From: an uncultured Actinomycetota bacterium
GTDB lineage: Bacteria > Actinomycetota > Actinomycetes > JAHEKZ01
Direction of reading: 5' to 3'
Length of the DNA: 64,000 nucleotides
NCBI GenBank assembly: GCA_963726755.1
Contig: CAVSDB010000001.1
Span: 1,341,225 to 1,405,224 of the forward strand
This document shows, piece after piece, positions 57,135 to 64,000 of this stretch. The notes beneath the pieces are model-generated. The model did no database searches. It was given only the letters and a program-made list of their open reading frames with translations, and had not been told where the DNA came from. A program made the translations under genes and the position numbers. The stretch's first letter is position 1; every line of letters starts with the position of its first letter.

Positions 57135-57527
57135 TCAGGAGCGATCGGGCAACAACTCGTACAGCGGGTTGAACATGACCCGTCGATCGCCGCGTTTGGT
57201 GATTCGGCCAGTACCCGTCAACGTGCGACCTGGGTTGATCCCCCTAATAGAACGTCGGCCGAGCCAGATCAGCGTCAACGCGCCAGAGCCGTCGTAGATG
57301 TCAGCTTCGAGCGCTGGAATTTGACCGTGTGGGCGCAGTGTCACGGCCCGAACCGTTCCGCAGACCGTCACCGGAACCGCGAGCGGAGCATCGCAGACCG
57401 GGGTCGCCGCTTGATCCTTCGACTGCTCGCGAAGTTCGTCAGCCTCGACGGTGCCTGCGGAGGGGAGAAACCGATCCACAAAGCGGTTCCAACGCCGATC
57501 CGGCCGCTGGTCGTCGATCGAACTCAT
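57135..57527 (-). CDS. small OB-fold domain protein
   Basis: Track ORF, 130 aa. Conserved partner of the flanking hypothetical genes in actinobacterial dut neighbourhoods. Confidence 0.5.
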   Translation of the reverse strand: MSSIDDQRPDRRWNRFVDRFLPSAGTVEADELREQSKDQAATPVCDAPLAVPVTVCGTVRAVTLRPHGQIPALEADIYDGSGALTLIWLGRRSIRGINPGRTLTGTGRITKRGDRRVMFNPLYELLPDRS

Positions 57528-57561
57528 GAGGGCAGGTTACTCAACGCCGGGCACTGGAACG

Positions 57562-58236
57562 TCACCCCGGCTGGTCGTCATCGGAGTCACGTACCAGGTT
57601 CGGCGACTCGGGCACCGTCAGGGCAAGTGGCTGTCGCGGCGCGGCAGCTTCGGTCCCACGGTCGACGGCCACTTCGGCGAAAAGCGCCTCGGCCATCTTT
57701 GCGCTCGAATCGTCTGTGGCACCGGCGCCACTGATCAAGCCGCGTAGGAACCAGCGTGGTCCGTCTGCGCCCAAGAAGCGGACCCGTTGCACATTGGTGT
57801 TCCCGTCAGGACCGGTGATCGAGACGTCGGCGCGCACCTCGCGACCGAACGGTCCTTCGGCCTCTGTTGCTCTCCCCCGGTCGCTGCGAATGCCTTCGGC
57901 GATTTCTTGACGCACTTCGTCCCAGATGCCCTCGGACCGAGGGGCCGCGAACGCCTGAAGTTGGAGCGCAGTGTCGCCCAGCAGCACGGTGATGGCGGTG
58001 ATTTGCTCGGCTTCATCCAACTCGACCCGGACCTGCATACCTTCCACCGCCGGCACCAGGACGGAACCGAAATTCACCCGCTCTTGTCCTTCGGGGATTT
58101 CGCTGACGTCCCACGGACCGGATGTCTTCGGACCCTTCGGAAGGGTGATCGTGACAGGGGCTTCGGCATCGTCGCCGTCTTGCGTCACGTTCTCGCCATC
58201 GACGTCTTCACCCTTGTTGCGCTTGAACAATGCCAT
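57562..58236 (-). CDS. conserved hypothetical protein (DUF3710-like)
   Basis: Track ORF 57562..58362 trimmed to the internal Met (MALFKRNKGED) that overlaps the dut stop. Confidence 0.5.
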   Translation of the reverse strand: MALFKRNKGEDVDGENVTQDGDDAEAPVTITLPKGPKTSGPWDVSEIPEGQERVNFGSVLVPAVEGMQVRVELDEAEQITAITVLLGDTALQLQAFAAPRSEGIWDEVRQEIAEGIRSDRGRATEAEGPFGREVRADVSITGPDGNTNVQRVRFLGADGPRWFLRGLISGAGATDDSSAKMAEALFAEVAVDRGTEAAAPRQPLALTVPESPNLVRDSDDDQPG

Positions 58237-58240
58237 GACG

Positions 58241-58747
58241 TCATCCACCTGATTCGTTGTTCGTGGCAGCCTCGCTCGTTGCGCCCTCACTTGTTGCAAG
58301 GGCTGTGCGACCGCTTGATCCAAAGCCACCCGTTGATCTCGCTGAGCCGGGAAGTCGTTCAACCGTATGCAGTCGGACGCTTTCCACTCGCTGCACCACG
58401 AGTTGCGCGATGCGATCGCCTCGTTCGATGGTCACGCTCGACTCAGTATCGAGATTCACCAGGCCAACCTTGATCTCCCCCCTGTAACCCGCGTCGATTG
58501 TGCCCGGCGCGTTCACGACCGTCACACCGTCGCGAATCGCCAGCCCGCTTCTTGGGTGTACGAACGCGGCGTACCCGTTGGGCAACGCAATCGCCAAGCC
58601 CGTGGGTACAAGTCCGCGAGCACCCGGCACTAGAACGCACTGCTCCGATGCGTACAAGTCGACTCCGGCATCACCAGGGTGGGCCTGTGCGGGAAGCGGG
58701 AGGTCCGGGTCGAGCCGAACCACTAGTACGTCTACTGGTTCGGTCAT
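58241..58747 (-). CDS. dut: dUTP diphosphatase
   Basis: Track ORF, 168 aa. [22 protein letters not shown] motifs. Confidence 0.9.
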   Translation of the reverse strand: MTEPVDVLVVRLDPDLPLPAQAHPGDAGVDLYASEQCVLVPGARGLVPTGLAIALPNGYAAFVHPRSGLAIRDGVTVVNAPGTIDAGYRGEIKVGLVNLDTESSVTIERGDRIAQLVVQRVESVRLHTVERLPGSARSTGGFGSSGRTALATSEGATSEAATNNESGG

Positions 58748-59349
58748 GGGTTCACCTCGAAGGCGTGGTGCACATCCTCTTCAGTGCTGTCGGCAACGAA
58801 CTCGGCTATGTCCTCACTTCGACCATGCGCTCGGAAGTGCTCGAGTGGTACTTGGACGAAGACTGCACGTGCCTCGACAGCGATCGGATTCGGATCGTCA
58901 GGAGTTCCGCCCACCTGTGCACCCAACAGTCGACCAGTGGCACGTGAGTAGATCTTGCGGCCAGCAACCGCGAAGCACTCGGCGTCGATGCTCAACACGG
59001 ACCCAACAGGCACCGGGAGTCGGTAGTCGGTCTCGAGGTGAACAGTCACCACCGGCTGTCGCAGTAGCCAGGTCACGGTGCCAAGCGCCTCGTCGAATGC
59101 GGCAGCCAACAAGCCTCCGTGTGCCAGCCCTGGAGCCCCTTGATGGTGCTCAGTGACCCGAAGCTCAGCGTGAATCGTGCAGCCTTCGCCAGCGGTCAAA
59201 CTCAAGTGCAAACCGGTGGGATGTTCAGGCCCGCAACCGAAGCAACGGCGGTAGTGCGAGCCCAGTTGAGATCCGGGCGGTGGGGCATCGAGATGACGGA
59301 CCGGGGGGGTCGCATGATCCGGCGGATCAGTACGTCTGCGCGCTGTCAC
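58744..59349 (-). CDS. hotdog-fold thioesterase-like protein (PaaI/4HBT superfamily)
   Basis: Track ORF, 201 aa. CxxC then [14 protein letters not shown] hotdog signature. Confidence 0.5.
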   Translation of the reverse strand: MTARRRTDPPDHATPPVRHLDAPPPGSQLGSHYRRCFGCGPEHPTGLHLSLTAGEGCTIHAELRVTEHHQGAPGLAHGGLLAAAFDEALGTVTWLLRQPVVTVHLETDYRLPVPVGSVLSIDAECFAVAGRKIYSRATGRLLGAQVGGTPDDPNPIAVEARAVFVQVPLEHFRAHGRSEDIAEFVADSTEEDVHHAFEVNP

Positions 59350-59915
59350 GATCGGACCCTACCCACCACGCCGTCTCCCATGGGTGCGAGGCTGATCCCG
59401 TGGTCGAGTTTCGCGAACGAATTCGCGCCCCCTGGTGGGCTTGGCTGTTGATCTGGTCATGGACCGCCATGCTGGGAATCGCCTACGGCTACGCGACTGT
59501 CCCCCTCGTCGGCCTTGCGATCACCCTGGTCTTCGGTGGCTTGGCAACGGTGGCGCTGGCTCGAAACGCTCCCCTGGTCACCGTCGATGCCTCCGGAATC
59601 CACGCAGGACGGGCATTTCTTGAGTCCGCCTACCTGGGCCAAGCCGAAGCTCTCGACCGCGAGGCTGCCCGCCGACTTCGTGGCGTCGACGCCGACTCCC
59701 GGGCATATGTTCTGCTTCGCGGCTGGATCGCAACCGCCGTCCGACTCGAAGTAAGCGACGAGCGTGACCCGACGCCGTACTGGTACGTCTCCACTCGTCA
59801 TCCCAACGCGCTGGCGATGGCGCTGACGCAGGCCAGAGATGGGGCCGGATCAGGCGTGACAAGATCCAGCGTGGAAGGATCGTCCAGTGACGCCTCAGCG
59901 GCGCACGATCTGTGA
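59280..59915 (+). CDS. Ala-rich membrane protein (DUF3093-like); true start probably downstream of the track start
   Basis: Track ORF, 211 aa. Two transmembrane helices (WWAWLLIWSWTAMLGIAYGY...). 5' end overlaps the convergent thioesterase gene, so an internal GTG start is likely. Confidence 0.4.
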   Translation: MGHRDDGPGGSHDPADQYVCALSRSDPTHHAVSHGCEADPVVEFRERIRAPWWAWLLIWSWTAMLGIAYGYATVPLVGLAITLVFGGLATVALARNAPLVTVDASGIHAGRAFLESAYLGQAEALDREAARRLRGVDADSRAYVLLRGWIATAVRLEVSDERDPTPYWYVSTRHPNALAMALTQARDGAGSGVTRSSVEGSSSDASAAHDL

Positions 59916-59942
59916 GTACCCACCGCAAGGCCAGGAGGATTC

Positions 59943-60200
59943 ATGGCTACTGATGACAACGAAGGCCCGAACAAGGCGGTCGTTACCGCAGCAGCGCTAC
60001 TGGCCGGGCTGATCGCGTCCAAGGCTTTCGGTGCCGTCTGGCATATGGTTCGCGGACAGACACCAGACGATGAGGACGACAACTCACTCTTGGAAACCAT
60101 CATTTTCGCCGCGGCTAGTGCTGCGGCCATGGCGGCCGCCCGCAACCTGGTGACCTACCGCGCAGAACAGCACGCCAAGAGTCGGACGTCGGAGTCCTGA
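59943..60200 (+). CDS. small membrane-associated protein (DUF4235-like)
   Basis: Track ORF, 85 aa. Ala-rich amphipathic segments. Confidence 0.45.
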   Translation: MATDDNEGPNKAVVTAAALLAGLIASKAFGAVWHMVRGQTPDDEDDNSLLETIIFAAASAAAMAAARNLVTYRAEQHAKSRTSES

Positions 60201-60219
60201 CCGCAGTTATTTCTTCGGA

Positions 60220-60265
60220 GTTGCTAGACGGGGCGGGCGCTATAGCGCCCGCCCCGTCTAGCAAC
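60220..60265. terminator. bidirectional hairpin terminator, 21-bp perfect stem with TATA loop
   Basis: GTTGCTAGACGGGGCGGGCGC-TATA-GCGCCCGCCCCGTCTAGCAAC. Lies between convergent genes ending at 60200 (+) and 60303 (-). Confidence 0.6.
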
Positions 60266-60302
60266 TGCTCTAGTTAATGGAATGTGTGGGTGTTGAACGA
60301 CC

Positions 60303-60599
60303 TTAGGCGCAGTCTTTGCACACTGGCTGGTTCTTAACCTGCTTAGCCAATTGGCTGCGGTGGTGGACCAAGAAGCAGCGTGAGCAGGTGAATTCGTCCT
60401 CCTGCTTGGGAACCACGCGGAAGGTCAGTTCTTCGTTGGACAGATCTGCCCCGGGCAGCTCGTGCGACTCGGCCAGCTCGGTCTCATCAACGTCAATCGT
60501 CGACGCTGCCAGATCGGCACGTCGAGCCTTCAACTCCTCGAGGCTGTCCTCGTTGAGTTCGTCGTCGGTCTTGCGTGGGGTGTCATAGTCGGTCGCCAT
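60303..60599 (-). CDS. DUF4193-family small zinc-ribbon protein
   Basis: Track ORF 60303..60668 trimmed to MATDYDTPRKTDDELNEDSLEELKARR. C-terminal CSRC...CKDC. Confidence 0.6.
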   Translation of the reverse strand: MATDYDTPRKTDDELNEDSLEELKARRADLAASTIDVDETELAESHELPGADLSNEELTFRVVPKQEDEFTCSRCFLVHHRSQLAKQVKNQPVCKDCA

Positions 60600-60869
60600 A
60601 GGTGCAGGACCCCTCCCTGAGGCCCGAACATCGGGTGGCTGGGAACGCCGGTTCGCCGGTACTAACACTCACCGGGCCTAGTTTGTGCCCGTCCCGGTGG
60701 GACTCCGAGTGGCAGATTGTGCCTTAGCCACCCCGATATGGCACATCGAGGACGTTTCCCCAGGTCAGCGCGTTGCTGCCGCACCATACAGACTGGCCCT
60801 GACGCCTGGGCCTTACGCTAGGCGCCGGCTGGCCAAGATCGGCCCAGCGACCGCCGGAAAGGCCCGATC

Positions 60870-61388
60870 ATGACCTTGTACGCCCTGGGCGAACACGTCC
60901 CCTCGGTGCATCCCGACGCCTTCGTCCACCCAGATGCGGTCGTCATCGGCGACGTCACCATCGGTGCTGAGAGCACCATCTGGCCCGCTGCGGTGCTACG
61001 CGGCGACTACGGCAGCATCCGAATCGGCGCGAGAACCTCGATCCAGGACGGTTCGGTGATTCACGCGACCGCCGAGCTGCCAACCCACATCGGCGACGAC
61101 TGCGTCGTTGGCCATCTGGCCCATCTCGAAGGCTGCGTCGTCGAGGACAACTGCCTGATCGGAAGCGGCTCGGTCGTGCTGCATCGAGCAGTCGTACGGT
61201 CAGGCGCTCTGGTTGGGGCGGGTGCAGTCGTTGCCAACGACCAGGAGGTACCGGGCTTCGCGATGGCCCTTGGCGTGCCGGCGAAGATCCGACCAGACGC
61301 AATGGCGGCTGGGGCGTTCGACGACTCTGTGGCCGCGTACGTCGCAAATGGCCACCGCTACCGCGCTGAACTTCGACGGCTGGATTAG
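60870..61388 (+). CDS. gamma-class carbonic anhydrase / hexapeptide-repeat family protein
   Basis: Track ORF, 172 aa. Left-handed beta-helix hexapeptide repeats with His ligands (HATAELPTHIGDDCVVGHLAHLEGC). Confidence 0.8.
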   Translation: MTLYALGEHVPSVHPDAFVHPDAVVIGDVTIGAESTIWPAAVLRGDYGSIRIGARTSIQDGSVIHATAELPTHIGDDCVVGHLAHLEGCVVEDNCLIGSGSVVLHRAVVRSGALVGAGAVVANDQEVPGFAMALGVPAKIRPDAMAAGAFDDSVAAYVANGHRYRAELRRLD

Positions 61389-62188
61389 ACGGAACGGCGA
61401 TCGACGGCAGCCGCCAAGGCTGACCAAAGATCGGAGTTCGCGGCTATCACCGACCCATCAGAGGCGACATCAACTCGGGCGCCCGCCTCCCGCGCAATCA
61501 GGACGCCCGCTGCTCGGTCCCACGGTTGGAGCCCTGCCTCGTAGAAAGCATCCACGCGTCCGGCTGCTAATGCGCAGAAGTCGGAAGCCGCTGAACCGAA
61601 GCGACGGATGTCGCGGACCTGCGGAAGCAAAGCCCCCACGATCTCTCCCTGCCGTTGGCGCACCTCGGGGTCATACGAGAAGCCGGTAGCCACCAGGGCT
61701 TGCGACAACTCGTCACACGATCCGACCGAGATCGAGCGACCGTTGCAGGTGGCACCACCACCCCGCGTCGCCCCAAAGGTCTCACCCGCCTTCGCGATAA
61801 TCACGCACCCGGCCACAACTTCGCCGTTCTGCTCACTGGCGACACTCACCGCCCAGCCGGGCAGGTCGTAGAGGTAGTTCACCGTGCCGTCCAGCGGATC
61901 CACGATCCACCGGATGGAATCAGCGTCCAACGCTTGTCCACCTGCGTCGGTGCCTGACTCTTCCCCTAGCCAGCTGTCACCGCGTTCGCGGTTGAACAAC
62001 CGAGACTTCAGCAGGTCCTCTGCGGCGGCATCAGCGTTGGTCACGATGTCGGTCGGCGAAGACTTCGTGGCTGTCACATCAACGTCGCCGGATCGTCGAA
62101 GGTCCAGTAGCAACTCCGCTGCTTCGCCGGCCGCATCGACGCATGCAGTCAGCAACTCGGTACGACTCGGAGTCGGTTGCGCGGCCAC
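61385..62188 (-). CDS. suhB: inositol monophosphatase family protein
   Basis: Track ORF, 267 aa. WIVDPLDGTVNY and motif B. Confidence 0.85.
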   Translation of the reverse strand: MAAQPTPSRTELLTACVDAAGEAAELLLDLRRSGDVDVTATKSSPTDIVTNADAAAEDLLKSRLFNRERGDSWLGEESGTDAGGQALDADSIRWIVDPLDGTVNYLYDLPGWAVSVASEQNGEVVAGCVIIAKAGETFGATRGGGATCNGRSISVGSCDELSQALVATGFSYDPEVRQRQGEIVGALLPQVRDIRRFGSAASDFCALAAGRVDAFYEAGLQPWDRAAGVLIAREAGARVDVASDGSVIAANSDLWSALAAAVDRRSV

Positions 62189-62197
62189 GTGCCGACG

Positions 62198-63268
62198 CTA
62201 GTCCTCGCCGCCGATAGCGGGCAGCGCCTTGCGGGGGTTCGGACAGCATCCAGCCAAACAGCGGTCCGGGCTCGCCCCCGCCGAACCAACGCGAGGTCTG
62301 TCACTGCGCGGAACGCCGGAGAGTCGCTCCACCACCAAATCGGCGAGCATGGACACGAAACGCGAGTCGGTGCCGGGAGTTGCCGCTCGCGCCCACACCA
62401 GCCCCAGTTCATTCGCTCGAGCTGCCGCTTGCGTGTCCAAGTCCCAAACCACTTCCAGGTGGTCTGAGACGAAGCCGATCGGAACCACGACGACCGCCGC
62501 GGCTCCGTCGAGCGCGAGCGACTCTAGGTGATCCTCGATGTCTGGTTCGAGCCACGGGATGCCCGGTCGTCCGCTGCGCGATTGGTAGACCAAGTCCCAG
62601 TGATAGGTGTGGCCGGTTGATTCCTCGACGCCAGAGGTGACCAGTGCGGCGACCTCTGCGTGCTGGCGGACGTAAGCGCCTCCCGGTACGCCGCTGGAGT
62701 CCGCCATCGACTCGGGGATCGAGTGCGTGGTGAACACCAATCGGGCACTGGCTCGTAGCGGTTCAGGAATCTCACCTAACGCCGAGATGGTCGAATCCAC
62801 GAACGGCGCGATAAATCCCGCATGGTTGAAAAACGGACCGATCCGCTCGATCGCTGGAGCCGAATCACCCACGACCGATCGTGCGGCCGCGACGTTTTCG
62901 CGGTACTGCCGGCACCCGCTGTACGAGCTGTACGCCGACGTGAAGATGGCTAGCGCCGACTCGATGCCGTCGTTCGTCATCTCCTGCACGGTGTCGGGCA
63001 GCAACGGTGCCCAGTTGCGGTTCCCCCAGTAGACCGGCAGGTCCAACTCCCGCCTCGAAAGCTCTTCGCGCAATGCCGCAACCAGCGCTCGGTTCTGACC
63101 GTTGATTGGGCTGACACCACCGAACTTCAGGTAGTGCTGAGCGACCTCCCGCAACCTTTCCGGTGGCACGCCACGCCCCTTCGTCACGTTCTCGAGGAAG
63201 GGCAGCACATCGTCTGGACCTTCGGGACCGCCGAACGAGACGAGCAGCAGTGCGTCGAATGCGGTCAC
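62198..63268 (-). CDS. hemH: ferrochelatase
   Basis: Track ORF 62198..63328 trimmed to VTAFDALLLVSFGGPE. YQSRSGRPGIPWLEPD and VVVVPIGFVSDHLE motifs. Confidence 0.85.
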   Translation of the reverse strand: MTAFDALLLVSFGGPEGPDDVLPFLENVTKGRGVPPERLREVAQHYLKFGGVSPINGQNRALVAALREELSRRELDLPVYWGNRNWAPLLPDTVQEMTNDGIESALAIFTSAYSSYSGCRQYRENVAAARSVVGDSAPAIERIGPFFNHAGFIAPFVDSTISALGEIPEPLRASARLVFTTHSIPESMADSSGVPGGAYVRQHAEVAALVTSGVEESTGHTYHWDLVYQSRSGRPGIPWLEPDIEDHLESLALDGAAAVVVVPIGFVSDHLEVVWDLDTQAAARANELGLVWARAATPGTDSRFVSMLADLVVERLSGVPRSDRPRVGSAGASPDRCLAGCCPNPRKALPAIGGED

Positions 63269-63363
63269 TGACGTTCCCTCCTGATCCTGTCGGACTGATC
63301 CTGACAGCCCCTCACTTGTCGCGCACACCAGGCACTAGCGTCTGTTCGGTGACCAGCCCGTAC

Positions 63364-64000
63364 ATGCAGCTCCTGCGTGTGCGTGGTGGTTGGCAGTTCT
63401 CCGCCGCCGGATTCGTCGCTCGACTGCCGCTCTCGATGGCCGCCGTCGCGCTGATTCTGCTGATGGTCGAGCTCACTGACTCGTACTTCACTGCTGGAGC
63501 CGTCGTGGCCACGCTCACGTTGGCCGGTGCGGTCGTCGCGCCAACGATCGGAGCGCTTACCGACCGGTTCGGCCAAACCCGGGTCATCGGGCCACAGATC
63601 TTCGTCAACATCCTGGGCTACCTCGCAATTCTCATTCTGGCTGCAGCGGACGCCCCGACTTGGACGTTCTTCGTCGCTGCAGTTGTGACCGGTGCCGCCA
63701 CCCCCGTCATCGGATCAGTGGTCCGTGCGCGATGGAGTTACCTGCTGCCGAAGTCACCGTTGCTGCGGACCGCCTTTAGTTGGGAATCGGTCGTCGACGA
63801 GTTCGTGTTCATCGTCGGACCGCCGTTGGCTGCGATCGCGGCGGCAACGTGGAGCGGCTCGGTTGCCGTGGGACTGACGGCGTTCATCGCCGCCGTGGGA
63901 ACGGTCGGACTGCTCGCCCAGCGCCGGACAGAGCCTCCGGCCTCAGGAGCTGCGGCACACACTGGCTCAGGCGTGCTGCGCTACCCGGGGATGCCCGCCC
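63364..64000 (+). CDS. MFS-type transporter, N-terminal part (runs past window end)
   Basis: Forward-strand frame open from ATG ~63364 to the end of the window, so not in the track. Consecutive transmembrane helices (LPLSMAAVALILLMVELTDS...). Confidence 0.55.
   Translation, partial: MQLLRVRGGWQFSAAGFVARLPLSMAAVALILLMVELTDSYFTAGAVVATLTLAGAVVAPTIGALTDRFGQTRVIGPQIFVNILGYLAILILAAADAPTWTFFVAAVVTGAATPVIGSVVRARWSYLLPKSPLLRTAFSWESVVDEFVFIVGPPLAAIAAATWSGSVAVGLTAFIAAVGTVGLLAQRRTEPPASGAAAHTGSGVLRYPGMPA

Overview
High-GC actinobacterial chromosome segment, almost entirely coding, with most genes on the minus strand. The backbone is a conserved housekeeping neighbourhood in Mycobacterium-like order: nusB-efp-pepQ-aroQ-aroB-aroK-aroC, then aroE-mltG-ruvX-alaS-rarA, aspS-hisS, ppiB, relA-secF-secD-yajC-ruvB-ruvA-ruvC, acn, trkA pair, dut, suhB, hemH. 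Between aroC and aroE sits a ~20 kb type IV pilus (Tfp) island. It holds pilB, pilT, pilC, the pilD prepilin peptidase, pilM/N/O plus a PilP-like gene, two tandemly duplicated major pilin genes (pilA) with duplicated leader and terminator, and three minor-pilin or adhesin-like genes with prepilin N-termini. Inside the island is a convergent DevS/DosT-like GAF-GAF histidine kinase and NarL-type regulator pair, with an adjacent PPOX/F420-type gene. Directly upstream of pilB is a Roadblock/LC7 - PATAN(DUF4388) - small Ras-like GTPase triad, an MglB/MglA-like or conservon-like module; this is the most interesting candidate system. Other notable items: a ~340 bp element with ~75 bp terminal inverted repeats (MITE-like) between rarA and aspS; a tRNA-like gene at 657-733 with an odd anticodon/variable-arm combination; a 20 bp AT-rich perfect palindrome upstream of acn; strong hairpin terminators; and a possible c-di-GMP-I-like riboswitch half-site in each pilA leader. 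The window also carries an unusually large number of single-base reading-frame disruptions (at least 35, in essential genes hisS, secD, ruvA, ruvC, acn as well as most pilus genes), which looks more like assembly indel error than true pseudogenes, though the two cannot be separated from sequence alone. Self-derived coordinates (not taken from the ORF track) may be off by 1-3 nt.
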